This document shows positions 34,440 through 43,377 of a stretch of DNA of 64,000 nucleotides, piece by piece (the first letter of the stretch is position 1; each line of letters begins with the position of its first letter). The notes beneath the pieces were generated by a model. It did no database searches and had not been told where the DNA came from. It saw only the letters and a list, made by a program, of their open reading frames with translations. The position numbers and the translations under genes were made by a program. Source of the DNA: Christensenellaceae bacterium (GTDB lineage: Bacteria; Bacillota; Clostridia; Christensenellales; CAG-138); assembly GCA_963665515.1 (NCBI GenBank), contig OY762278.1, positions 2,862,414 to 2,926,413 of the forward strand, read 5' to 3'.

Positions 34440-34468
34440 AATTTATCATACCCATTTGGGTATGTCAA
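34440..34468 (-). promoter_or_regulatory. Promoter of the riboswitch-2 operon (TTGACA-17-TAAATT) with an internal palindrome
   Basis: -35 TTGACA at 34463-34468 and -10 TAAATT at 34440-34445 (minus strand). The spacer contains TACCCA-nn-TGGGTA (34449-34462). Confidence 0.65.
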
Positions 34469-34721
34469 GCGATTTGTTACAATATATACGCATATTTTTA
34501 TTCAGATGTAGCGTATATGTAATGATTCCGATGAATTTTACTCATTTTTATCGAAAATAGTAGTATTTTTGATCTTTTTCGTTATCCATCGCTTTTCGTT
34601 ACGCAGTGAAAAGCCGTTTGTTCTCTGATGAAACGGATCGTGCGCGTGATTATGTAACATACGTGTATATGACGTATCGACAGAAGTGTACGCTCCGTCC
34701 GTTTTGCGTTTCGTTCAAAAT

Positions 34722-34756
34722 AGATCGTTTCATACGGTGCATATGCATGGTATAAT
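34722..34756 (+). promoter_or_regulatory. Extended -10 promoter candidate for the GH3 gene (TGgTATAAT)
   Basis: TGGTATAAT at 34748-34756 with a weak -35 (TTCATA), about 20 nt upstream of the GGGAGG RBS and ATG. Confidence 0.5.
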
Positions 34757-34777
34757 CCCTCTATTGGGAGGTGCTGT

Positions 34778-37252
34778 ATGAACTTGCATAACAATTCGAA
34801 TTCTTCCACTTTTCAGACGGATCAATCATCCGATTGTAATAAGGAAATAAGCAGTATTTTTGAAAAGGCAGACGTTCTTGTTTCGCAAATGACGCTGCGC
34901 GAGAAAACAAGCCTTTTAAGCGGAGCGGACGACTGGAACACGAAACCGCTCGAACGCCTCGATCTCGGCATGACAATGGTTGCCGACGGACCGCATGGTC
35001 TACGCAAAGAAGTGCTGCCCGTCCCGTCGACCGGCAAGCAAACTGTTCCTGCGACATGCTTTCCAACCGCCGCGGCTTCCGCCTGTTCGTTTGACCGCGA
35101 TCTTCTTAAAAAACTCGGCACCGCGATTGCAGAAGAATGCCGTGCAGAAGACGTTTCCGTCATTCTCGGCCCCGGTTTGAACTGCAAACGCAGCCCGCTC
35201 TGTGGACGGAACTTCGAATACTTCAGCGAAGACCCCGTCGTATCCGGAGAGCTTGCAAGCGCATACGTAGACGGCGTGCAAAGTCAGGGCGTCGGCGCAT
35301 GCGTGAAACACTTTGCGCTCAATAATCAGGAGCTACGCCGGTTAATTGTCGATTCCGTCGCGGACGACCGTGCCATTTTCGAACTTTACCTGTCTGCGTT
35401 TGAACGGGTCGTTAAAAAATCGCATCCGTGGACGGTGATGTGTTCATACAATCGCGTGAAAGGTGAACATGCAAGCGAAAATCACTGGCTTCTTACCGAT
35501 GTTTTGCGAAGCCGCTGGGGCTTTCAAGGGCTCGTTATGTCCGACTGGGGCGCCGTGAACGATCGCGTTAAGGGTGTTGCTGCCGGACTCGACGTAGAGA
35601 TGCCGTATGTCGATGATTATCGCGACCAGCTGATTGAGAAGGCCGTTGCCGACGGCAACTTAAGCGAAAATGACGTCGATCGCTGCGCAGAGCGCGTATG
35701 TGCATTGACCTTGCGTGCCAAGGATCGCAAGCCGCTTGAACATAAATTTGAAGAACACCATGCATTTGCGCGTGATATCGCTGCACAATCGATGGTGCTA
35801 TTAAAAAACGAAGAACTGTTGTTGCCGTTAAAAAAAGACAAATCTGTTGCCGTCATCGGCACATTTGCAAAAACGCCACGTTATCAAGGCGCAGGCAGTT
35901 CCAAAGTCGTTCCCATAAAGGTCGATTGTCCGTTTGATGAACTTGTAAATCTTGGTGTCTCTGCAGAGTATGCACCCGGCTATGACCCGGAACGTGATGA
36001 ACCGGACGAAGCTTTACTCTCCGAAGCCATCCGGTTAGCGACAAAATGCGACGTTGCCGTGCTCTTTGTCGGCTTGCCGGACCGTTACGAATCCGAAGGG
36101 TTTGACCGCGAAACGCTCAACATGCCGAAGAGTCACATCGAGCTGGTTCGTCGCGTGCAGCAGGCCAATCCAAATGTTGTTGCCGTGCTTATGGGCGGAT
36201 CGGTAATCGATATGGGTTGGGAATCCAGTGCAAAATCAATCCTGCTGGCCTATCTTGGCGGCGAAGCGGTCGGTGGCGCAATTGCGGACGTCTTGACGGG
36301 CAACGTCAACCCCGGCGGAAAGCTGGCGGAGAGCTGGCCTATGGAGCTTGAGGATAATCCGAGCTACGCATACTTCCCCGGCTATCCGCACACGGTCGAA
36401 TACCGCGAAAGCATCTTCGTTGGCTATCGTTACTACGATACGGCAAAGCGTCCCGTGCGCTATCCGTTTGGTTACGGTCTTTCATACACATCGTTTTCTT
36501 ATAAAAATTTAACGATCAACAGCGACGCCCTTAACACCGGCGAGACGCTTTCGATTTCCTGTGACGTTACAAATACCGGCAAGCGTGCCGGAAGCGAAGT
36601 TGTGCAACTTTATGTTTCGCATAATTCGGATGTGATGTTTTGCGCAGAACAGGAATTGAAAGGGTTTGAGAAAGTTGTTCTTCAGCCCGGCGAAACAGCA
36701 CCCGTTTGCTTCACGTTGACACGGCGCGATCTTAGTTACTATAATACGGAAGCGTCCGACTGGCGCGTTGAAGGCGGAGAATACGAAATACGCATCTCAT
36801 CGTCCAGTCGAAATGTACGTTTATGCGAAACAATCGCGGCGGAACCCGATGATGATCAGAGCGTGCCGGATTTTCGGGAAAGCGCGCCGTGTTATTATGA
36901 CCTTTCCGATGGAATTAACGTGCCGGACGATGCGTTTGTCGCGCTGCTTGGTTCTCCACTTCCAAAACGCGAGCGCGAACCCGGCGATCCTTTTACACAA
37001 AATTCCACGCTCCGCGAAGCGCAACATACGCTGATTGCACGCATTCTCACCGGCATTGGTAAAAAGGAAATTGCGCGCAGGAAGGCAGACGGCGATATCG
37101 GCGGCGACGAAGACGAAATGCTGCTTTACGAGTCACCGCTGCGCATGCTTGCGTCAGGAGACACCGGCTTCAGTCCAAAACATGTGGAGGGGCTTGTTAT
37201 GATGCTCAATCGGAAATTCTTTGCCGGATTAAAGCATATGTTCAAGCGTTGA
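34778..37252 (+). CDS. Glycoside hydrolase family 3 (beta-glucosidase/BglX-like)
   Basis: 824 aa. GH3 N-domain blocks (GPGLNCKRSPLCGRNFEYFSEDP, VMSDWGA nucleophile region), C-terminal alpha/beta sandwich and FnIII-like domain (QLYV..., GFEKV.L.PGE). Confidence 0.85.
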   Translation: MNLHNNSNSSTFQTDQSSDCNKEISSIFEKADVLVSQMTLREKTSLLSGADDWNTKPLERLDLGMTMVADGPHGLRKEVLPVPSTGKQTVPATCFPTAAASACSFDRDLLKKLGTAIAEECRAEDVSVILGPGLNCKRSPLCGRNFEYFSEDPVVSGELASAYVDGVQSQGVGACVKHFALNNQELRRLIVDSVADDRAIFELYLSAFERVVKKSHPWTVMCSYNRVKGEHASENHWLLTDVLRSRWGFQGLVMSDWGAVNDRVKGVAAGLDVEMPYVDDYRDQLIEKAVADGNLSENDVDRCAERVCALTLRAKDRKPLEHKFEEHHAFARDIAAQSMVLLKNEELLLPLKKDKSVAVIGTFAKTPRYQGAGSSKVVPIKVDCPFDELVNLGVSAEYAPGYDPERDEPDEALLSEAIRLATKCDVAVLFVGLPDRYESEGFDRETLNMPKSHIELVRRVQQANPNVVAVLMGGSVIDMGWESSAKSILLAYLGGEAVGGAIADVLTGNVNPGGKLAESWPMELEDNPSYAYFPGYPHTVEYRESIFVGYRYYDTAKRPVRYPFGYGLSYTSFSYKNLTINSDALNTGETLSISCDVTNTGKRAGSEVVQLYVSHNSDVMFCAEQELKGFEKVVLQPGETAPVCFTLTRRDLSYYNTEASDWRVEGGEYEIRISSSSRNVRLCETIAAEPDDDQSVPDFRESAPCYYDLSDGINVPDDAFVALLGSPLPKREREPGDPFTQNSTLREAQHTLIARILTGIGKKEIARRKADGDIGGDEDEMLLYESPLRMLASGDTGFSPKHVEGLVMMLNRKFFAGLKHMFKR

Positions 37253-37331
37253 ACGCCGGCATAACAAAGGTCAATCATCATAAAGCGAAATAAAGTCCGT
37301 TATTTTTACCAACCGGAGGTCACGTTACGTC

Positions 37332-38396
37332 ATGTTGTCCGTCTTATCCTGTTTCGCTCTTTCCAGCGAGCCTATTTCCGTTGCGCCTTACGGCAGCGGC
37401 CATATCAACGGTACGCAATTGGTCACTTGCCGCGACGGCTCACGCTATGTGTTGCAACAGATCAATACGTCCGTATTTCACGAACCCGTATCGCTGATGC
37501 ACAATATCGAGCTGGTCACCGCGCATCTTCGCAAAAAGAATGATGATCCGCGGGCAGTTCTGACACTTGTACCCACGCTTGAAGGAAAAAGCTATACTGT
37601 TCGAAACGGCGAGTATTGGCGCATTTATGAACTGGTGCAGGACAGCGTTTGTTTTGAGCAAGCGGACGAGGCATTATTTTATGAGTGCGCCGTTGCGTTC
37701 AGCAGGTTTCAAAACCAACTTTCCGATTTTGACGCAAAGCAGCTTGTGGAGACGATCCCGCACTTCCATGATACGCCAGCTCGCTTTGCCGCCTTTCGCA
37801 ATGCAGTCAAAGCGGACGCCGCAAATCGCGTAAAGGATGTTCGACCGGAGATTGATTTTGTGCTTTCATACGAATCGTTTGCGCACACGCTTTTTGATCT
37901 ACAAGCATCCGGTGATCTTCCATTGCGTGTGACGCATAACGACACCAAGATTAACAACGTTCTTTTTGACGCACAGACAAGAAAAGCGCTTTGTGTCATC
38001 GATCTCGATACGGTCATGCCAGGTCTCAGCGTACACGATTTTGGAGACGCCGTTCGTTCCGGCGCGTCCACCGCCAGCGAAGACGAACGTAACCTTGACC
38101 TTGTGCATTTCGATATGAAACTTTACGAAGCGTATGTGCGCGGTTATCTTTCCACCTGCGGAGAAAGTTTAACAAAAGTCGAAATTGAAATGCTGCCGGT
38201 TGGCGCTATGATGATGGCACTTGAATTGGGCTCTCGTTTTTTAGCCGACCACATCGCGGGCGACGTATACTTCCATATCTCTCGTGAAGGGCACAACCTC
38301 GACCGCGCGCGCACACAGTTTCAATTGCTAAAGGAAATGGATAACCAGCGCGACAAAATGCAATCCCTTGTTTCATTTGATAGTCAAGTAATATGA
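37332..38396 (+). CDS. nahK: N-acetylhexosamine 1-kinase (NahK/LnpB-like, APH superfamily)
   Basis: 354 aa. PYGSGHINGT..V......YVLQQINTSVF, HFHDTPARF, RVTHNDTKINNVLFD, IDLDTVMPG, FLADHIAGDVYF. These match Bifidobacterium NahK block-by-block as I recall it. Confidence 0.75.
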   Translation: MLSVLSCFALSSEPISVAPYGSGHINGTQLVTCRDGSRYVLQQINTSVFHEPVSLMHNIELVTAHLRKKNDDPRAVLTLVPTLEGKSYTVRNGEYWRIYELVQDSVCFEQADEALFYECAVAFSRFQNQLSDFDAKQLVETIPHFHDTPARFAAFRNAVKADAANRVKDVRPEIDFVLSYESFAHTLFDLQASGDLPLRVTHNDTKINNVLFDAQTRKALCVIDLDTVMPGLSVHDFGDAVRSGASTASEDERNLDLVHFDMKLYEAYVRGYLSTCGESLTKVEIEMLPVGAMMMALELGSRFLADHIAGDVYFHISREGHNLDRARTQFQLLKEMDNQRDKMQSLVSFDSQVI

Positions 38397-38498
38397 TGAA
38401 CATATAATCTAGGCAACAGAACTACTCGAAAGTATCAAACTACGTGAAAGTCAACTTTCTCAACTATGAACGAATACGTATCGGGAGGGATATTTGCA

Positions 38499-39113
38499 AT
38501 GCCGATAGAACCAAAGAATTATAAGGTCGACGCATATCTGAACCACCTGAAATCATGGAAACCGGAACTGGAAGCGCTGCGCGCACTGCTGTTGGAAGCA
38601 CCGCTCAACGAAGATATCAAGTGGGGCAAGCCTTGTTACTCACTCCCCTGCGGCAACGTTGCCATTCTCTATGCATTTAAGGACACCAGTGCAATCAGCT
38701 TTTTTAAAGGAAGCCTGTTGAACGATAAAAGCGGCATTCTGATCAAACCCGGCGAGAATTCACAGGCAATGCGAATGGCAAAATTCACCAGTGTCGATCA
38801 GATCAAGGCTGCGGAAAACGCACTGCGAGATTGCATCCATCAGGCGATCGAAATTGAAATCTCCGGCAAAGAGGTGCTTTTCGAAGAACCGGCCGAAACC
38901 AAATTGCCTGAAGAGCTGAAAAAGCGCTTTGAAGAGAAACCCGCGTTGAAAGCCGCTTTTGAGGCGCTGACGCCTGGCAGGCGCAGAGGTTACGCGCTCT
39001 ACTTCGCCGATGCAAAACAGGCAAAAACGCGAGAAGCAAGAATTGAAAAGAACATCCTACGCATCTTAGCCGGAAAGGGTCTCAACGATCCCTTCGATCC
39101 TGAGCAAAATTGA
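38499..39113 (+). CDS. DUF1801 (YdhG-like) plus YdeI/OmpD-associated domain protein
   Basis: Start moved to ATG 38499 (MPIEPKNY) behind a GGGAGG RBS. IKWGKPCY and LTPGRRRGYALYFADAKQAKTREARI motifs. Confidence 0.7.
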   Translation: MPIEPKNYKVDAYLNHLKSWKPELEALRALLLEAPLNEDIKWGKPCYSLPCGNVAILYAFKDTSAISFFKGSLLNDKSGILIKPGENSQAMRMAKFTSVDQIKAAENALRDCIHQAIEIEISGKEVLFEEPAETKLPEELKKRFEEKPALKAAFEALTPGRRRGYALYFADAKQAKTREARIEKNILRILAGKGLNDPFDPEQN

Positions 39114-39135
39114 TAAATCAATTAAAAAGCAGATT

Positions 39136-39164
39136 AAAAACAGCGTCCAATTGGACGCTGTTTT
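39136..39164. terminator. Bidirectional intrinsic terminator
   Basis: Perfect 20-nt palindrome CAGCGTCCAATTGGACGCTG flanked by A5 and T4, between convergent genes. Confidence 0.8.
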
Positions 39165-39176
39165 ATAAAAGATACG

Positions 39177-39434
39177 TTATCGTTTGCCTGCGATTAGGCG
39201 GCTGATAAAAATCAACACACAAGCGCCGCCGACCGCGATTAAGAATCCGCCGAGTGTGCTTGTGCCGCCGTTTCCGATGCCGAGCCAGCTTGCAAGCCAT
39301 CCGCCGAGAAAACTGCCCGCAATGCCAACGATGATGTTGCGCACAAGGCCGCCTCTCCCATGCATGATTTTGCTTGCCAGCCAACCAATCAGCGCGCCGA
39401 CAAACAGCCAACCAATGATCGTCCAAAAGCCCAT
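39177..39434 (-). CDS. GlsB/YeaQ/YmgE-family (transglycosylase-associated) small membrane protein
   Basis: 85 aa. GALIGWLASKIM......RNIIVGIAGSFLGGWL pattern. Confidence 0.8.
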   Translation of the reverse strand: MGFWTIIGWLFVGALIGWLASKIMHGRGGLVRNIIVGIAGSFLGGWLASWLGIGNGGTSTLGGFLIAVGGACVLIFISRLIAGKR

Positions 39435-39478
39435 TTAACAATCTCCTTTCGCTTGATCAATAAATGTTCGATCCGCCG

Positions 39479-40072
39479 TTATGCTTCCGGTGGCATGCTA
39501 TCTTCTTCTTTGTCTTTCCGGTCCGAATCGACCGCCTGCGTTTGTTGCTTTTTCTTAAACATCACACGGTAGATCACGTTTGCAACCGCCGCAATCGCAG
39601 GCCCAATGATGACGCCCGCACCGCCGAACGCAATGAGTCCGCCGACGGAAGCTAACAATGTAATAATCGGCGAAAGACCGATGTTCTTTCCGGTAATGAT
39701 CGGGTCGAGCACCATGCGCAGCACAACCATTGCGATATAGGTGACGCCGACCGTGATTGCCATGTGCGGATTTTTGAAAATCAGCGCGATAATTGCCCAC
39801 GGTACAAAGACGATGCCGGAACCGATGACCGGCAGCAAATCTAAAAGGCTTACGACCAGTGCAATCAAAAGCGACCACCACTTAAGCCCGACGATCAACA
39901 TGCCGATTGTGATAACAATGAAATTAACACCGTATAGAATCAGCTGTGCCTTTCCAAACCCGAGCGCGGTGCGCCAAAGCTCTTTGAGCATTGTTAAAAA
40001 TCGATTTTCATTCTTCTGTTCAATTTTTCGTTCCATGTTTTCAATTATACCCGATGCACTATCACGAAACAA
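39479..40072 (-). CDS. AI-2E/YtvI-family transporter, C-terminal half only (possible truncated gene)
   Basis: 197 aa (or 185 aa from MERKIEQ). Contains the family's LLDLLPVIGSGIVFVPWAI block, but typical members are roughly twice as long. Only 88 nt of non-coding DNA lie upstream. Confidence 0.55.
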   Translation of the reverse strand: MFRDSASGIIENMERKIEQKNENRFLTMLKELWRTALGFGKAQLILYGVNFIVITIGMLIVGLKWWSLLIALVVSLLDLLPVIGSGIVFVPWAIIALIFKNPHMAITVGVTYIAMVVLRMVLDPIITGKNIGLSPIITLLASVGGLIAFGGAGVIIGPAIAAVANVIYRVMFKKKQQTQAVDSDRKDKEEDSMPPEA

Positions 40073-40160
40073 TAGTGTCCGTGTAAGCTTGCCTTTCGCA
40101 AATTCAAGCTGTTACAATAATATTCAGTCAAAGGATTCCCATTTGGAGGCAACGATTTAT

Positions 40161-40730
40161 ATGCGCCATGATTTTTCCGGCTTTACCACACAGCGTCTTG
40201 CGCAGCTCTTCCCCGTCATTCTTACGCCGCACGATACGGCAAGCAAAGCGCGTTATGAAGAAGAAAAAATCTGTCTTACCGACGTGTTTGGCGATTCGCT
40301 CGTTCGCATCAGCCACATCGGCAGCACCGCCGTACCGGAACTGTTAGCAAAACCCACGATCGACATCTTGCTTGAAGTTAAAGAGAGTACCATTCTCGAG
40401 CCGTTCACGGAAACACTTTTGGACGCGGGCTATGTCGTCAACACGCCAAAGGGCGATCGTATCCTGTATCTCAAGGGGTATACGCCACAGGGATTTTCCG
40501 GTCAGGCATTTCATATTCATGTTCGAAACAGCGGCGACTGGGGCGAGCTTTACTTTCGCGATTACCTGATCGTCCACCCGGAAACCGCGGCCGAATACGC
40601 CGCACTCAAGCAAACGCTGTTGAAACAATACGAGCATGACCGGGACGGCTACACGGACGCAAAGGGTCTGTTCATTCAAAACATCACTGAGCTTGCGCGG
40701 AAAGCATATCCAAACCGATATACCCCGTAA
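40161..40730 (+). CDS. GrpB-family (UPF0157) protein
   Basis: Start reassigned to ATG 40161 (MRHDFSGF) behind a GGAGG RBS. HIGSTAVPELLAKPTIDILL and HIHV motifs. Confidence 0.8.
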   Translation: MRHDFSGFTTQRLAQLFPVILTPHDTASKARYEEEKICLTDVFGDSLVRISHIGSTAVPELLAKPTIDILLEVKESTILEPFTETLLDAGYVVNTPKGDRILYLKGYTPQGFSGQAFHIHVRNSGDWGELYFRDYLIVHPETAAEYAALKQTLLKQYEHDRDGYTDAKGLFIQNITELARKAYPNRYTP

Positions 40731-40756
40731 TCCATCCTAGAACCGACACATATTTA

Positions 40757-40786
40757 CAAAAGGAGAGCGAAGTCGCTCTCCTTTTG
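40757..40786. terminator. Bidirectional intrinsic terminator
   Basis: Stem AGGAGAGCGA / TCGCTCTCCT flanked by an A-run and a T-run, between convergent grpB-like and permease genes. Confidence 0.8.
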
Positions 40787-40802
40787 ATATACGTCATTGT
40801 AG

Positions 40803-42527
40803 TTACCGGTGGACAATGCGATAGTACGTGCGCGCGGTAATCTGATAGATTGCAAAATACAGCAGAGCAAAAACAGCAAGCGATGCGCCGATGGTCATAA
40901 GCACAAGTCCCCAGTCATAAAGCATGAATGTGCGAAGCATACGCGCCATAATACGTGATGCAAAGACCATATGCAGCGCCGTCGCCGCCAACGGCAGAAA
41001 GAACACCCAAAGCACCTGTCGGTTGATGGTCTTTTTTACCTGGTGGTCGTCCATGCCGACCTGCTGCAAAATCAGGAACCGTTCCTTATCCTCGTAACCT
41101 TCCGTTACTTGCTTGAAGTAGAGAATCAACACGGCAACCGCAAGAAACAGCACTGCAAAGAACGCACCGAGGAACAAAAGCCCTCCGTATAGCCCATATC
41201 CATCAATACGTGCTGTAAAAATGTCCGAAACGATTATGTTCGGCGTTTCGTCAAACGACTCGTTGTATTTGTCGCGGATTGCTTGTACAAAATTCAAGCA
41301 ATCGTCTTCCGTTCCGTTTACATCCAGACGAAAGCTTTTGCCGAAGAAAATCAGTGTCGGCACATCGACAAACTCGCTTTCCGGCCAGACAAAATTATTA
41401 CGCACGTATTCTTCGTCGCCTTCAAGCTCATAGACAAGTTTGGATTCGTCCGCGCTGATTGTCACGTTATTTTCCGCCGCAATCATCTGCAAAGTCGTGT
41501 CGTATGACACGATCTGTTCCGTTGTTACATCGTCAGGCACATATACCTGCGCATCAAACGGGTACATGCCTTGCATCATCTCTTCACGTCCCAGGTAGAG
41601 CGAAAGCGTTCCGGAAATGGTGACGACCAGCATCGTAGAAAGAATGCAAATTGTTGCGAGTCCCCTGGCGTTCTGCCGCATGCGATGGAACATACCGGAA
41701 ATCGTCACAAAGTGATCGGGTTGATAATACAGGCTCTTTTTTAAGCGCAGCAATCGCAATACAACAATGCTTCCGCATAAGAACAGCAGATATGTCGCGA
41801 TGATGACCACAATTGCAAGCGGAAAGAACACACCCAGCGCCATGCCGGGAATATCGATCGACCATGCAAAGTAATACGCACCAATGAGCAGCGCAAGTCC
41901 GAGCAGAGAAAGCGGCAAAATACCTTTCTTATCTGTTTCGCCACGTTTTTCACTGGAAAGCAGTACAATCGGGCTGGCGGTATGAATGCGAATCAAATTT
42001 ATGATGGACGTTACTATATACACCGCAAAGAACAGCCCAAGCATGAGCACATATGCAATCGGCGCAATTGAAAAGCTGCTGCCCGGTACGGCGTGTATCA
42101 GCTTGGCCAGCGCGAGGAACAGCAGTCGTCCGAACACAAGCGCAATCGCAATTCCGCACAGGATGCCGCCGCCTACGACGAACAGGTTTTCCCAAAGCAA
42201 CACGCGTCCAATGTTCCGTTTGTCGAGTCCTAAAATACCGTATAGCCCGAACTCCTTCTTTCTGCGCTTAATGAGAAAGTTGTTGATGTAAAACATGAAC
42301 ATAAACGTAAAGATTGCGTAAACCACCAAGCCGAAGCCAAACAGCATCGTCGCCGTTCTGCCGGACGGCGTATTAGTCAGGCTGTCGGAAAACAGCAACC
42401 CCGCCATCAGCAAAAATACGCCGCTCATGACCGCCGTTGCAATCAGGTACGGCAAATACGTTATGCGGCTGCGTTTAACATTGTTCCACGCAAGCCGAAA
42501 ATAAAAGAATTTACGCAATGTCCGCAC
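40803..42527 (-). CDS. BceB-type FtsX-domain ABC permease
   Basis: About 575 aa, 10 predicted TM segments with a large extracytoplasmic loop. Start is probably GTG 42527 or TTG 42518, overlapping the ATPase stop; the longer ORF-track start runs inside the ATPase gene. Confidence 0.8.
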   Translation of the reverse strand: MRTLRKFFYFRLAWNNVKRSRITYLPYLIATAVMSGVFLLMAGLLFSDSLTNTPSGRTATMLFGFGLVVYAIFTFMFMFYINNFLIKRRKKEFGLYGILGLDKRNIGRVLLWENLFVVGGGILCGIAIALVFGRLLFLALAKLIHAVPGSSFSIAPIAYVLMLGLFFAVYIVTSIINLIRIHTASPIVLLSSEKRGETDKKGILPLSLLGLALLIGAYYFAWSIDIPGMALGVFFPLAIVVIIATYLLFLCGSIVVLRLLRLKKSLYYQPDHFVTISGMFHRMRQNARGLATICILSTMLVVTISGTLSLYLGREEMMQGMYPFDAQVYVPDDVTTEQIVSYDTTLQMIAAENNVTISADESKLVYELEGDEEYVRNNFVWPESEFVDVPTLIFFGKSFRLDVNGTEDDCLNFVQAIRDKYNESFDETPNIIVSDIFTARIDGYGLYGGLLFLGAFFAVLFLAVAVLILYFKQVTEGYEDKERFLILQQVGMDDHQVKKTINRQVLWVFFLPLAATALHMVFASRIMARMLRTFMLYDWGLVLMTIGASLAVFALLYFAIYQITARTYYRIVHR

Positions 42528-43272
42528 CCCCGAGCACCGAAAGGTTGGACACGATCCGTTCAAAGAATTCGCGGTTTGTCTCGTCTCCGCGGTAGAGCTG
42601 CGAAAACAGCGCGCCGTCGGAAATGAACAGTACGCGCGTGGCATAGCTTGCCGCCATTGCGCTGTGCGTCACCATCAGTATCGTTTTTCCAATTGAGTTG
42701 AGGTCGGAAAACTGCCCCAGCAGGTTTGCAGAGGCTTTGCTATCCAGCGCGCCGGTGGGCTCGTCCGCAAGGATGATGCGCGGGTCGGTGATTACCGCAC
42801 GCGCAATTGCCGCGCGCTGCTTTTCGCCGCCGGATACTTCATATGGATATTTGTTCAGTAACGACGTGATGCTAAGCTGCCGTGCAATCGGCATGATGCG
42901 AGACTCCATATCGCGGACGGGCGTCTGCATCAGCACAAGCGGCAAGAGTATGTTGTCCTTCAGCGAGAACGTGTCCAGCAGGTTGAAGTCCTGAAACACA
43001 AAGCCGAGGTGCCGCCGCCGGAACTGCGAGAGCTCCCGGTCGGGAATCGACGAAAAGCTCTTCCCGTCCAGAAGGACTTCGCCGGACGTCGGTTTGTCCA
43101 ACGACGCCAGAATGTTGAGCATCGTTGTTTTGCCGCTTCCGCTTGCGCCCATGATGGCGACGAACTCACCCTCGATTACTTCGAAATTCACGTTTTTCAA
43201 GGCAACACATTGCCGCATGCCGAGTTTCGTATTATAGACCTTTCCAAGTCCCTTTACCTGTAATAAAGCCAT
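42511..43272 (-). CDS. BceA-type ABC transporter ATP-binding protein
   Basis: Start set to MALLQVKGL (ATG 43270-43272, GGAGG RBS). Walker A GASGSGKTT, signature SGGEKQR, Walker B ILADEPTGALD. Confidence 0.9.
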   Translation of the reverse strand: MALLQVKGLGKVYNTKLGMRQCVALKNVNFEVIEGEFVAIMGASGSGKTTMLNILASLDKPTSGEVLLDGKSFSSIPDRELSQFRRRHLGFVFQDFNLLDTFSLKDNILLPLVLMQTPVRDMESRIMPIARQLSITSLLNKYPYEVSGGEKQRAAIARAVITDPRIILADEPTGALDSKASANLLGQFSDLNSIGKTILMVTHSAMAASYATRVLFISDGALFSQLYRGDETNREFFERIVSNLSVLGGADIA

Positions 43273-43377
43273 GGATTTTCCTCCATACGTTTTCATGCTG
43301 CGGCTATTGTACAAAAGAACCGACCGTACTTTCCATCGATCGATCTTACGAGAGGTCGTTCTTGTCTTACGCTTTCG

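Noticed and set aside
21578-34470. Idea that the Tad / c-di-GMP region is a genomic island integrated at tRNA-Ala
   Set aside because: I found no integrase or recombinase, no direct repeat of the tRNA 3' end at the far boundary, and no obvious compositional break by eye. Tad loci are known to move horizontally, but this window gives no direct evidence.
39741-40160. N-terminal 140 codons of the 329-aa + ORF 39741..40730
   Set aside because: This part is antisense to the AI-2E-like gene. GrpB homology begins at MRHDFSGF (ATG 40161), which has its own GGAGG RBS.
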